Source: Candidatus Kapaibacterium sp. (lineage in GTDB: Bacteria; Bacteroidota; Ignavibacteria; Kapaibacteriales; UBA2268). From it: a DNA stretch of 64,000 nucleotides. This document shows positions 30,019 to 40,857 of this stretch, piece by piece. Position 1 is the stretch's first letter. Every line of letters starts with the position of its first letter. The translations under genes were made by a program, and so were the position numbers. The stretch covers positions 1,280,001 to 1,344,000 of the forward strand of contig OY762428.1 of the NCBI GenBank assembly GCA_963665665.1, in the 5' to 3' direction. The notes under the pieces were generated by a model. That model was not told the origin of the DNA. It was given only the letters and a program-made list of their open reading frames with translations, and searched no databases.

Positions 30019-30681
30019 TCAAAATCTGAAACCAATGTTAATACCCATAATTAAGCTGCTTCTGTTTCCTTCCAATGCCATCCTGTAACCGATACGGGGC
30101 ATAAAAATGAACTTTTTGGATCTGCCGATTGCCGCTCCTACGCCAAATTCAGAACAATGAGTTCCAACACCTTTGTTATATTCAATTCCGAGAAAATTCA
30201 TGTACGGATGCACCGAATAGTCATCGTTAAGATTGATATTTACCGTCACTCCCTCGGGAAGTATCATAAAACAAACAGCAAGAATTGCCCCGACAGCAGA
30301 AATTTCATTCCGGGCTTCACACTCACTTTCATACTCATCATCGCTGTAATATTCGTCGTCGTCGTCATCATTCGTTCTATAATCGCCTATTGATTCAAAA
30401 AGATGTAAGCCGTAAACCGGGCCTGCAAAAACATGAGTAACATTTCCAATATCCGGAATTTTGGCAAAAGATACAGTATAGTTCAGGCTTAAAGCTTCGA
30501 AAAGATCATACCGGATGCTTAAGCCAAAGAAATTTGCACCTTCCGGGCCGTAAGAAGGGCATCTGCTGTAGGTAAAGGAAAAAGTCCATTTAGTCGAATC
30601 AGAATTTTTCACTGATGTTGATTCCTGTGAAAACATTTCTGAAGGTATCAATATTATCATAGCAATTACAACAAATCTCAT
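30019..30681 (-). CDS. Hypothetical outer-membrane beta-barrel-like protein (paralog 1)
   Basis: Signal peptide, alternating strands and terminal GFRF. Shares HVFAGPV, PEGVT and DDYS.PY.N.LG with the neighbouring gene. Confidence 0.7.
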   Translation of the reverse strand: MRFVVIAMIILIPSEMFSQESTSVKNSDSTKWTFSFTYSRCPSYGPEGANFFGLSIRYDLFEALSLNYTVSFAKIPDIGNVTHVFAGPVYGLHLFESIGDYRTNDDDDDEYYSDDEYESECEARNEISAVGAILAVCFMILPEGVTVNINLNDDYSVHPYMNFLGIEYNKGVGTHCSEFGVGAAIGRSKKFIFMPRIGYRMALEGNRSSLIMGINIGFRF

Positions 30682-30961
30682 TTTTCTCTCCTTTTAATGA
30701 TTCAGCTCAGAGTAAAAAATCGATAGTACCGTTATTTCAGAAAATTGTTGATATATTCCAATATCTGATATTTCAATAATGCCGGGCTTTTACTCAAAAT
30801 CTGACATACTGTTAAATTTTCAAAACCGGCGATGCCTCTTTATTATGAATTTTTGCTATTTTGGGTTCTGAACAAAGTGAAAAATCTGCTATCCATGCAG
30901 GTTTTAGACTCTTCGCTGCTTTCAGAGTGGCAACATTGTCAGCTTATGAGACAGCCTCAAT

Positions 30962-31573
30962 TTAAAACTTATAACCAAATTCAACCCCTAAAACCACGCT
31001 TCCGGTTATTCCCTCGTAGAAGAACCTGTAGCCGGCTTTGGGCATAATCAAAAAATTCTTTGTTTTCCCAATAGTTCCTCCAAGGCCAATTTCAGAACTC
31101 ATCAACCATCGCTCGTTATAGTATTCGTAACCCAAAAGATTGATATATGGATTAAGTGAATAATCATCGTTCATATCTAAGTTAAAAGTTACGCCTTCGG
31201 GTATTAGCAAAAACAAAATCGATCCTGCTTTGATAGCGTTGAGAAAATCAATTGCTGCATTTTCCCCGTCATTACTTTCAATTGAACTGATAAGGTTATA
31301 ACTCCATACCGGGCCTGCAAAAACATGAGCCAGGGATCCGATTTCCGAAGAACTGCCAAAAGATAATGAGTAATTCAGGCTGACAAATTTCGTCAAATCG
31401 AATTTCATGTTAATGCCGAACATATTTGAACCGCCGTTTTCATAGCCGGGAAAATGGTTATAGGTTAGGCTAAGTGAAAAGCGTTGCCAGTCTTCCTTTT
31501 CAATGTATTCCATTTCCTGGGAATATAGCTGCGTTGAAAGCAATATAACAATTGAAATTATGGCGTATCTCAT
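30962..31573 (-). CDS. Hypothetical outer-membrane beta-barrel-like protein (paralog 2)
   Basis: Signal peptide, terminal FGYKF, GGAG RBS. Clear similarity to 30019-30681. Confidence 0.7.
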   Translation of the reverse strand: MRYAIISIVILLSTQLYSQEMEYIEKEDWQRFSLSLTYNHFPGYENGGSNMFGINMKFDLTKFVSLNYSLSFGSSSEIGSLAHVFAGPVWSYNLISSIESNDGENAAIDFLNAIKAGSILFLLIPEGVTFNLDMNDDYSLNPYINLLGYEYYNERWLMSSEIGLGGTIGKTKNFLIMPKAGYRFFYEGITGSVVLGVEFGYKF

Positions 31574-31812
31574 ATCTTATCTCCGTTCAAGTTTATTAAT
31601 AATACTTCCCAAACGAATAAAAAGTTTCAGAAATAATTAATTTTATTGAATTATAAAAACTACCACCATTACTGAAGGGATGAAAACTATTCAGGAATTA
31701 CATATAATATTGCAAAATACAGCAATTAATTAAAATAACAATGGAGATAAAAGTTGGAATATATACAAACACAACTTGCCGGGAAATCCGTTTTTAAAGC
31801 TAACTTTAGGGT

Positions 31813-32985
31813 TCATACCCGAGAATCACGAAACATATTATCCAGGGATTCTGTCAGGGCATCCCAGTTATAATTATTTTCAACAAACTCTCTGCCTTTA
31901 CGTGCAATTTCGGCAGCAAAATCCTTATTGCATAGCAGGTAGTTAATTAGCTTAGCATAATCTGCCGGAGTTTTTCCGATTAATATTTCTTTTCCGTCTA
32001 CGGCTCCAAGAGCATTGTTTGCCAGTGCAGAACTAATGCAGGGTATTTCCATAGCCATGGCCTGAAGCAATTTATTTTGCAGGCCTATTCCAATCTGCAT
32101 GGGTGCAAGAAATATTCCGGACTCGGCATAGCATTTCCTGATATCATCAACCCAACCCGTTACTTCAATATTTTCCGATTGAAGCTTTAGTACGGATTTA
32201 GCAGGATTTGCTCCGGCAATCATAAACTTTATATTCGGAAACTCATTTTCAAGAAGAGGCATAATTTCCGAGGCAATATAATTTACAGCCGATACATTTG
32301 GCTGGTAATTCATATTGCCGATAAACAGTAGTTCATATTTCTTTTCAGCTGCAATCGGCTTATAGAAATCCAGGTCCACTCCGTTTCGAACTATTTGTAT
32401 TTTATTTTTTTCGGGATGGTCTATCAGGTCTCTGTCCTGCTCAGAAATAATTGTTTTGTTTTCGAACAGCTCAAACACATCCCTTTCATATCTTAAAAGT
32501 CTTGAATATTCCAGCTTCAATAAGGGCAAATAGTAGACAGGGTCGGTTTTGAACCTTCTTTCCACACCTTTCGAGAAAGCATCCTGATAATCGATCGTTT
32601 TTGGAATACCATCTATCTCCCTTGCATATTCCGCAGTCCGGACTAACTGGCAATAAATATGATCAGGCTTGGATTTACGGATAATATCCATTATTTCATT
32701 TTTTATTTTTCCTGAATAAAAATACCCTGCCTGCAGGGGCTTACCACTGAAAAATGCTTTCAATACATTATATGCAATAGTCGCCTTTCCCATCTCGAAT
32801 ACATGAACTTCAGAGCATAATTTATCTAATTTCTCTTTTTCTTCCGGCTTAACTTTTCTTGATGAAACTGCACACAATACGATATCGTTATTCTTTGATA
32901 GATGTTTAATCTGATAATATGCCCTGAGTTTATCACCCTTTTCAAGAGGATATGGAAAACGCGGCAATATTACAAGAATTTTCAT
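31813..32985 (-). CDS. GT4-family glycosyltransferase
   Basis: RFPYPLEKGDKLR, VRNGVD, FIGNMNYQPN and GLQNKLLQAMAM motifs. Confidence 0.88.
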   Translation of the reverse strand: MKILVILPRFPYPLEKGDKLRAYYQIKHLSKNNDIVLCAVSSRKVKPEEKEKLDKLCSEVHVFEMGKATIAYNVLKAFFSGKPLQAGYFYSGKIKNEIMDIIRKSKPDHIYCQLVRTAEYAREIDGIPKTIDYQDAFSKGVERRFKTDPVYYLPLLKLEYSRLLRYERDVFELFENKTIISEQDRDLIDHPEKNKIQIVRNGVDLDFYKPIAAEKKYELLFIGNMNYQPNVSAVNYIASEIMPLLENEFPNIKFMIAGANPAKSVLKLQSENIEVTGWVDDIRKCYAESGIFLAPMQIGIGLQNKLLQAMAMEIPCISSALANNALGAVDGKEILIGKTPADYAKLINYLLCNKDFAAEIARKGREFVENNYNWDALTESLDNMFRDSRV

Positions 32986-33202
32986 AAAACAAACTGTATA
33001 TTAAATTTATTATATATATTTTATTCAAAAATAAAGAATTTGATGTTTTAATTTTAATTTTTTAGAATTATATTACTATGTAGGTAAGTATTCTGGAAAA
33101 TTATTTCATTGTACAAAATTTTGTAATCAACATCCTTTACTCTTGGAATTGGCAGAAAAAATATGACGAGTAGTTAAAAAAAGGATAAAAATATGAAAGT
33201 AA

Positions 33203-35389
33203 ATGAGAAGTAATTCAATATATTGGAGCATGACAGATAAATCAATTATACGCGTAATGCGTATAATAGGAATTGTGGTAATTTCAGCATCATTTATTTC
33301 AATGAACGAAGATATTTTCTATCTTAAAGAAACAAATTGGGTAAGCATTGTTTTAAGGCTGTTACCGATTTTATATAGTATTGGTTTTATTGGTTTTTCC
33401 TTCATAAATCCCGACAATTTTATTAAGTTGTTAAAAGTAATAATTATTACCGGAGTAATAATTATATCAATACCTGTTTCGATAATAAGTGCCATGATCG
33501 GAGGATTCAATAATCTCTATTTTCTCGGGATAATTCAACTGGAATTCGGCCTTATTAGTTTTATCCATTTGTCCCGAAGGGATTCATTCCTGATTATTCT
33601 TTTTCTCAATTCATTTTTTATTGTAAGCAATATTGTTATTCCTGATAATTTTGACATGGCAAATGCCTTAAGTGTTTGCACCGCCCTAATTATTTTTGCC
33701 CTTATCAGCATAGCGGCACATCATGTTTTTTCAATCAGCCGTGAATCTATTGCAATTAACAATCAGGAAAAAGATATTAACCTTGAGAGAATCAAACACG
33801 ACTTGATCATGAGTGAAAAAAAATTTTATGAATTATTTTACTCTTCTGACCTTCCTTTGCTAATAATTGAAAAGAACAGGATAGTTGATTGTAACAAAGC
33901 ATTTCTGAAGATGCTTGGATTTCAGGACAGGGAATTAGTATTAAATTTAATGCCGGCAGATTTATCACCGGATTATCAACCCGATGGCTATAGCTCGATA
34001 CAAATGCAGCAGGAATACTATACAAAATCCAGGGAAAGAGGTAGTATAAGCTTCTACTGGAAATATCAAAAATCCAATGGTAAAGAAATTGATACAAGAA
34101 TCAACCTCGTATCTATCCCGCTTAAAGGCAAAAGTGTGCTGTACGCTATTATTGATGATATTTCAGAACAAATTGTTGCCGAACAGAAGCTTAAGCAATC
34201 AGAAGAAACTGCAAATGCTTTTATTCACTCAATTAAAGATATTGCTATTCTGATAGATATTGATGGGGTAATTCTGAAGCACAATAAATTGCTCCCTCTG
34301 TCAGTAGGGAGCAAAATAATGGATATGACAGGATCAAATATCTATGATTATTTTGATTCGGAAACAGCGGAAAGAAGAAGGTCTTTTTCCAAAGTAATTA
34401 TAAATACAGGAAAATCTCATACTTTCGAGGATACAAGGGACAACAGAATTTTTATAATCTCTCAATCCCCGATATTTAATTCAAATAGTAAGATCGAAGC
34501 TATAGCAATCCATGTTCGTGATGTTACCAAAGAAAGAAAATCCGAACAGGACCTGAAGAAATATCAGAAAAAACTTGAGCAGATAGTTAATGAAAGAACC
34601 AAAGACCTCATTAAAGCAAATAATGACCTGACTTTGAGAAATACAGAAATTACTGAACAAAAGGAGGCTCTGCAGGTTTTAAATATTGAATTGAAAGAAG
34701 TTAACGCTGCTAAGGATAAATTCTTTTCGATTATAGCCCACGACCTGAGAAACCCGCTTATAAATCTCAGGGATGCCACGAATATACTTCTGGATTCAAT
34801 GGCAGATTTGGGCAAGGATGATATCACCGTTTATCTCAGAGATATAAATTCCTCTGCCTCGGGGGTGTACAGCCTGTTGGAAAATCTTTTGAACTGGTCG
34901 CGGGCACAAACTGGCAAAATTCAGTTTGTTCGCGAGGATTTTGACCTTAGAATATTGGTTGACGCTGTTCTTGCAATACACAAACTTCAGTCGGAAGCAA
35001 AGAATATTAAGCTGATAAATAATGTTCCCGAAGGCATTATTGTGCCTGCCGACCCGAATATTACATCAACAATCATCAGGAACATTGTATCCAATTCCCT
35101 GAAATTCACAGCTAACGGCGGCGAGATAAAAGTTGATATGAATGAAATGGACAATATTTTCCAGGTAGTGATTTCTGATAACGGTATTGGTATGTCCCGG
35201 GATACTTTGCTTGATATTTTCAGCATAGACAAACAAATATCCACTCCCGGAACAAATGATGAAAAGGGAACGGGCCTGGGGCTTATCATCTGCCGGGACC
35301 TTGCTAAAATCAATCATGGCGATTTAAAAATCGAATCGGAAGAAGGCAGGGGCACACATATTATTATTACTCTGCCTAAAAAGGCATAG
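33203..35389 (+). CDS. Membrane-bound PAS-domain sensor histidine kinase
   Basis: N-terminal TM helices, two PAS-like domains, IIAHDLRNP H-box, NSLKFT, DNGIG and GTGLGL. Confidence 0.92.
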   Translation: MRSNSIYWSMTDKSIIRVMRIIGIVVISASFISMNEDIFYLKETNWVSIVLRLLPILYSIGFIGFSFINPDNFIKLLKVIIITGVIIISIPVSIISAMIGGFNNLYFLGIIQLEFGLISFIHLSRRDSFLIILFLNSFFIVSNIVIPDNFDMANALSVCTALIIFALISIAAHHVFSISRESIAINNQEKDINLERIKHDLIMSEKKFYELFYSSDLPLLIIEKNRIVDCNKAFLKMLGFQDRELVLNLMPADLSPDYQPDGYSSIQMQQEYYTKSRERGSISFYWKYQKSNGKEIDTRINLVSIPLKGKSVLYAIIDDISEQIVAEQKLKQSEETANAFIHSIKDIAILIDIDGVILKHNKLLPLSVGSKIMDMTGSNIYDYFDSETAERRRSFSKVIINTGKSHTFEDTRDNRIFIISQSPIFNSNSKIEAIAIHVRDVTKERKSEQDLKKYQKKLEQIVNERTKDLIKANNDLTLRNTEITEQKEALQVLNIELKEVNAAKDKFFSIIAHDLRNPLINLRDATNILLDSMADLGKDDITVYLRDINSSASGVYSLLENLLNWSRAQTGKIQFVREDFDLRILVDAVLAIHKLQSEAKNIKLINNVPEGIIVPADPNITSTIIRNIVSNSLKFTANGGEIKVDMNEMDNIFQVVISDNGIGMSRDTLLDIFSIDKQISTPGTNDEKGTGLGLIICRDLAKINHGDLKIESEEGRGTHIIITLPKKA

Positions 35390-35469
35390 GATACAATATA
35401 TTATATTCTTCAAAGGCCATGCGAATATTTCGTATGGCCTTTTGAAATAGATCAGTTCAGTTTCAATCT

Positions 35470-35709
35470 TCAGTTAAATGGATTTTCCTCTTCGTCTTCA
35501 TCATCAAAATATTCATCATCAAAATCTGACAAATCCTGTTCAATAGCGGCAAGGTTGCTCAATGTGTTTGAAAAATGTTCTAACGCCTGGCTCAGGTTTC
35601 TGATTACTTCGCTATATTTTACCTTGTCGTCAACGCTCTTTGCTTTTTTCAATTTTTCCAGATTTTCGCCAATCTGGTCAGAGATGGAATCAATAAAAAT
35701 TTCCTGCAT
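35470..35709 (-). CDS. Small acidic hypothetical protein
   Basis: 79-aa ORF with AAGG upstream, directly downstream of the OmpA-family gene. A bidirectional hairpin follows at 35412-35443. Confidence 0.65.
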   Translation of the reverse strand: MQEIFIDSISDQIGENLEKLKKAKSVDDKVKYSEVIRNLSQALEHFSNTLSNLAAIEQDLSDFDDEYFDDEDEEENPFN

Positions 35710-35733
35710 TTTCTTTTCCTTTATAATATAGAA

Positions 35734-37824
35734 TTACTTTCTTACATTTCTAATTTCTATGGTAACGGCCCTGCTCAGGAACCTGTCAATAGGAGTGGCG
35801 TAGCTATCAATACCCGGAGGGAATTCACTGCTGGCTACTCCCTCTACTGTTGTAACTTTGGCATCCGGGCGAATTTTAATAATTGCATTGGCGGCACTTC
35901 TTGCCCTGCTTTCGGACAGGGCTTTGTTTCGCTCCGGAATTCCAAGGGCATCGGTATAACCTTTTACGCTGATTGTTGCCCCCGGCCTCATGTCGTTAAG
36001 AAAAATCCTGATCGATTCGATACCTGCACGGGATATTCTGTCGCTTCCAACATCGAACAGTACAAGAGACATCCTTGATATCGACACTTCCGAAGTATCT
36101 GAATTAATTGCAACCTCGGCATGAGCCTCAGTTGCCTGGCCGTCGCCGTCCACCATATAAAGGTCGGCTTTCAGGCTTGAACCGGCAGCAAGGCTTGATT
36201 TCATTGTTTCATCCAGAGGGATTGTTACCCTTGTAGGCGGAGTTGAATATTCTTTTTCCCAGACCGTATTATCATTTACCCTGCATTTCATTTTAGCAAG
36301 CTGAATACCGGTTCTCGTACCACCGGAAGTATTAAATACCACATTCTCGGTAGAAATGCCGGTTGCCTCAAGAAATCGCTTCCGCACAACAGGCATAAAC
36401 ATCCTTGGATCCGCGGAAGTGAAATCAACCCTTCGGTTTTCCGACCATCCGCTGTCATTAGGTGTTAATGTAGGATTTTTGGGGCTGCAATTGCCTCTTG
36501 CCGGTGCAATTTTTAATCTTATAGGGTCAATATTCCAAACATTAACAAGATAATTAACCACAGATTCCGCTCTTTTTCTTGCCAGACCGCAATCCGATTT
36601 CTCGGTTGTTGAATCAGCAGCCCCCTGAAGAGTTACTGCCGCCCTGGGATACATCGTCAGGCGCTGGCCGAGTATATTAAGCGCATTATCGTGAAAAGCG
36701 TATGGATTAGGCTCGATAGCATCTATATCAAAATCTTTACCATTTTCAATTTTTATGTAGTTTTCAGCCAGTTCAGCTGAGTTTTCATCAAAAAACATAA
36801 CCGGCAGCGATGGAAATGATTCTGAAACAAACCTGGCGCTTATATCTATGAGTTTTGTTTCGGGCAGTAGAGATGCCTCGGGAGCAGGCCTTGAATACAG
36901 AGTGTCTGTCCTGTAGGTAATCTCCATTTCAAATATTGTATCACGAACAAATTCATCGCGATATTCTTTTCTTTCATTTCCTTTTACAACATGGCTTTTT
37001 GCAATATCATAGGAATCAATTTTTATTGTATCAATATGTTTCCTGTACAATTTCTCGCGTTTCGACGGTTCCTTGTCGGGAATATACCTGTATTTAACAG
37101 CCAGGCCGCCGCTAAGTGAACTTATAGTCCAGTCTTTCTGGTCGGCCATATTACTCAGCCCCTGGAAGTAGAAAACTTCCGGAACCAATTTTAGGGAACC
37201 ACTTCTGTTCAGTGGCAATTCATAGCTCAGCCCCATAAATATTGAACCATAGGCTGCATTGTATTCGGGAATATCTCCGGACTGTTCGTTTCTGGTTCTT
37301 TTGCCATTTTCAACGAACACTCCCTGATCCGAAGGATTTGTTATCTTTTCCTTATAGTCGAAGGTTGCAGTTGTAATATTGCCGATCCTGCCACCAAAAT
37401 GAATGCCGAAATTCTCTACCGGGCTGTAGATAAAGTATGGGTCAAAATTTATCAACATGAATTCAGAACTCAGAATATGGGCAAATTTCCCGTTAACAAC
37501 ACTATTACCAATCCTGACAGGAATGCTTTCATCTTTGCTTAATTCCCCGTTCAAAGTGGATATACCAGCCCTCAGCCCTATGCGAAGGTTCAATGGCAAA
37601 TCAAATTCCATTAATGCACCCAGGCTGAACCCACTACCATGGCCTGTTTCAAAAACCGGGCAACAGGTAGGAACATTCTTGAACTCCCTGAAATCGGCTT
37701 TATGCAGGTTTATGCCGTAATTGGCATATACCCCGAGTACGGGCCTTAGCGGAGCTCCGTCTTCCGCGTTCAACCAATCTGCTGATAAGGCCAGAAAAGT
37801 AATCAGTATTAATATTTTTTTCAA
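35734..37824 (-). CDS. OmpA-family protein (N-terminal beta-barrel plus two OmpA-like peptidoglycan-binding domains)
   Basis: Signal peptide, GAADS...LARKRAESV...NRRV and GYTD...NKALSESRA...RAVTI motifs. Confidence 0.85.
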   Translation of the reverse strand: MKKILILITFLALSADWLNAEDGAPLRPVLGVYANYGINLHKADFREFKNVPTCCPVFETGHGSGFSLGALMEFDLPLNLRIGLRAGISTLNGELSKDESIPVRIGNSVVNGKFAHILSSEFMLINFDPYFIYSPVENFGIHFGGRIGNITTATFDYKEKITNPSDQGVFVENGKRTRNEQSGDIPEYNAAYGSIFMGLSYELPLNRSGSLKLVPEVFYFQGLSNMADQKDWTISSLSGGLAVKYRYIPDKEPSKREKLYRKHIDTIKIDSYDIAKSHVVKGNERKEYRDEFVRDTIFEMEITYRTDTLYSRPAPEASLLPETKLIDISARFVSESFPSLPVMFFDENSAELAENYIKIENGKDFDIDAIEPNPYAFHDNALNILGQRLTMYPRAAVTLQGAADSTTEKSDCGLARKRAESVVNYLVNVWNIDPIRLKIAPARGNCSPKNPTLTPNDSGWSENRRVDFTSADPRMFMPVVRKRFLEATGISTENVVFNTSGGTRTGIQLAKMKCRVNDNTVWEKEYSTPPTRVTIPLDETMKSSLAAGSSLKADLYMVDGDGQATEAHAEVAINSDTSEVSISRMSLVLFDVGSDRISRAGIESIRIFLNDMRPGATISVKGYTDALGIPERNKALSESRARSAANAIIKIRPDAKVTTVEGVASSEFPPGIDSYATPIDRFLSRAVTIEIRNVRK

Positions 37825-38000
37825 TTTATTACCCGGTATTATTTTTTATTCATCTATTTATCAATATATGATTAAGCAAAAAAAATACCAAATCTTAATA
37901 TTTATATTTGAAATAATTTTATCTGGATTTTGGCTGCATTAAAAAAAAATCATCCGATAAAATTAATCATCGGATGAATTATATTTGCTTGTTTCAATTG

Positions 38001-38966
38001 TTATTCTTCAACAAATTTTCCGTCTTTGATTACTATCTTGTCGTCAACAAAGAGTGTGGATTCGCGAAGTACGGCAGTAACATTCTGGTCTACCTGCAAT
38101 TTTCCCCCGAGAGCGATATTGTTTCCGAAGCCAAGTGATATTGCCCCTAAAACTTTTTCTTCTTCAAGCATTGAACCGGAAAATTCAGCTTTTTCGTTAC
38201 AACCGATACCGATCTTGCCAATATATTTTCCCATATCGCCGCTTTTGTTTATAAGCCTTGAAAAACGTTTTGCATTTCCACCGCCTGCTACTTTGTTTAC
38301 CTTTCCTTTCCTGATGAATATTTCAACCGGAGATTCAAGATTGCCAAGAGTAGAAACAGTACCATTAAGAACAACAATACCATTTATCCTGTTTTCCCTT
38401 GGCGAGAAAAATACTTCGCCCGAAGGAAGGTTGCCACCTTCGCCAATATTCAATAATGCAATCGGGCTGGCAAAAATTTCCCTGTCTTTTTTCTCGAATT
38501 TAAGAGAAGTCCCATTTTCGTGATATACTCTGAATTTCTCTCCTTTAGAAATTTTCTCAAATACTTTGCGGGTAGTTTCTTCGGTCTGAGAAAAATTCTT
38601 TGTAAAGCATCGTTTTATAGTATCACCTGTTATTGCAGGCATCAAGGCTATCCTGACACCAAGGTCAGCAGCCTTTTTTCTTGCCTTTGTATATGCAATC
38701 GAGGTAGAAGCAGGACAAACAACAACATCAACTTCAGTCATCATTTTGTATGCCTGTGCAGGCGGTTCCCGACCGTCAATTTCCATTGTCGGCATTTCAA
38801 AGTAAAAAGCTTCATCTGTTATTTTTGATGCCGATTCAAAAAAAGTCAGCCCAATATCCCTGTTGGCTTCATCGCATAATACCATTATGCTCTCGTCCTC
38901 TTCCAAACCTATATAAGTTTTCAAAGCAAGAGTGGCAGCTTTCTTAACTTGTAAAGTAACAGCCAT
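38001..38966 (-). CDS. M29 (aminopeptidase T/AmpS)-like protein
   Basis: NLPSGEVF, IGIGCN, EEKVLG, GNN...GG and STL.VD...I..G motifs. Confidence 0.75.
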   Translation of the reverse strand: MAVTLQVKKAATLALKTYIGLEEDESIMVLCDEANRDIGLTFFESASKITDEAFYFEMPTMEIDGREPPAQAYKMMTEVDVVVCPASTSIAYTKARKKAADLGVRIALMPAITGDTIKRCFTKNFSQTEETTRKVFEKISKGEKFRVYHENGTSLKFEKKDREIFASPIALLNIGEGGNLPSGEVFFSPRENRINGIVVLNGTVSTLGNLESPVEIFIRKGKVNKVAGGGNAKRFSRLINKSGDMGKYIGKIGIGCNEKAEFSGSMLEEEKVLGAISLGFGNNIALGGKLQVDQNVTAVLRESTLFVDDKIVIKDGKFVEE

Positions 38967-39123
38967 TATTATTACCCGCGTAATTTAAAAAAAATAATAA
39001 ATCTAATTTGTAACAGATATAAATCACCCAGTGGGGCAACAATCAATTCACCTGTTATCAAATAATATATGTCGATTAATATCTAATAAATTTAAAATAA
39101 GGTTTTTATATTTTAAATACAAA

Positions 39124-40512
39124 TTATTTTTTTATTCCTTCAAGCCCGAAGCCGGAATTTCTGCTGTCCTCACGCTTCAAAAAGAATGCGAAAGCAAGCC
39201 CTACCAGGCCCAGGCCGGCAAACATGATCATCGTATAAGTATAATCATAAGTTGCTGTTCCGGCTTTTATCATCTCCTTGGTTACGCCCGGGTTGGAAAT
39301 ATCCAGGATTCTCCCCGCCAGTATCGGGAAAGCAAACAGGCCAAGATTTTGCAGTGATGCCATCATCCCGTAAGCAGTCCCTATACGCCTTTCATCAACT
39401 ATCAAGGCAACCGAAGGCCACATTGCGGCAGGAACCAGCGAAAATGCAATACCGAGAACAACCATGGAAATTACCGGTGTAAGCCCCGTTAGCCCCAAAG
39501 CAAGATGAGACAGCAGCAAAAGGAAGGAACCCAGTATCATCAGAGTTGCACGCTTACCTACTTTATCCACAACAAAACCGAAAAGAGGCGTAAATACAAT
39601 AGTTCCCCAAATAATTGCACTTGTCCAGGTACCACTGGATTCAAGAGAAAAACCGAATTTATTGTGCAGCAGGTCCGGGCAATAAGCCTGAAATGGAAAA
39701 ACTGCCGAATAAAATGTAACACATAGTAATATTATAAATATAAATGATTTATTTGTAACCAATGCAACAATGTCGGAAAATTTAAATTCATCCTCCGGAT
39801 CTTTAAGTGCTTCCTTATCTTCTTTGGGTGAGACTTTTATGTCATAACTCATGTAAAGTACAAATACCAATAATCCAAGCCCCATTAGAATTGCAGCAAC
39901 CCATACAGCAGTTGTCCAGCCGGTGGAAGCTGTTATAAGTATAGGTGAGAAAATCAATGCCATGGCCGTACCTAATCGCGCAATTGCAACATTAACAGCA
40001 AAAGCAAAAGCAAGCTCCTTGCCTTTAAACCACTTAACTATAATTTTATTTATCACAACAATACTTGTTTCCGCTCCAAGGCCGTATAAAAGCCTTCCAA
40101 TCATAAGCATTTTAACTTCGGGAGAATAATCAGTAGGTAAGGCATCAATAAAACCATATCCAAAACCCCCAGCTGAAAAATAATCACTAATTCCGTATGC
40201 GGAAATAAATGTTCCGAGAACACAAAGAAGAACAAACAGGAAACCGGTTTTTCGAATACCCCATTTATCAAGTATTATGCCGCCAAAAATAGTCATCAAC
40301 AGGAATGTATTTGTAAATGAATACATTGCAACAATAATACCATAGTCTGTATTATCGATCCCGAGTTCGCCGGTTAAAACTGACTTAATTGAAGAAAATG
40401 CATCATAAACATAATAATTAGCTGCAATTACAAAACTGACGATTAATAAAATAATCCATCTGACCTTAGGGTTGGCAGCCGCCTGTCCCGAAAATATCTG
40501 TTCTTTTGTCAT
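39124..40512 (-). CDS. MFS transporter
   Basis: About 12 TM helices. GIILDKWGIR and GFVVDKVGKR MFS loops. Confidence 0.9.
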   Translation of the reverse strand: MTKEQIFSGQAAANPKVRWIILLIVSFVIAANYYVYDAFSSIKSVLTGELGIDNTDYGIIVAMYSFTNTFLLMTIFGGIILDKWGIRKTGFLFVLLCVLGTFISAYGISDYFSAGGFGYGFIDALPTDYSPEVKMLMIGRLLYGLGAETSIVVINKIIVKWFKGKELAFAFAVNVAIARLGTAMALIFSPILITASTGWTTAVWVAAILMGLGLLVFVLYMSYDIKVSPKEDKEALKDPEDEFKFSDIVALVTNKSFIFIILLCVTFYSAVFPFQAYCPDLLHNKFGFSLESSGTWTSAIIWGTIVFTPLFGFVVDKVGKRATLMILGSFLLLLSHLALGLTGLTPVISMVVLGIAFSLVPAAMWPSVALIVDERRIGTAYGMMASLQNLGLFAFPILAGRILDISNPGVTKEMIKAGTATYDYTYTMIMFAGLGLVGLAFAFFLKREDSRNSGFGLEGIKK

Positions 40513-40857
40513 AACTATACTTCTGATTTATACAGGAAACCTGTTGTTTAATTAGTGATGCAAAGATATAATATTTTTTTACTTTTGAAAAGGATTTTCC
40601 AACAATAAAAAAAATGTAATATTTTGATAATATTTATTTATTTCCTTAATATTCAGTATTTTATTGATATATTCACAACTTTATGCTCCATGAATCAGCA
40701 TTTTGTAATTGTTTAAAATTCAATAAATTAGAAAATGTTAGCAAATTTGTTAATATTTTTCAAAAAAAATTTCCTCAATCATCTTTAAAATTAAATTTTA
40801 CTGTTTATCCAAAGAACAAAAAATTCCGCTGAATATTACGATAAATTACATTATCTG

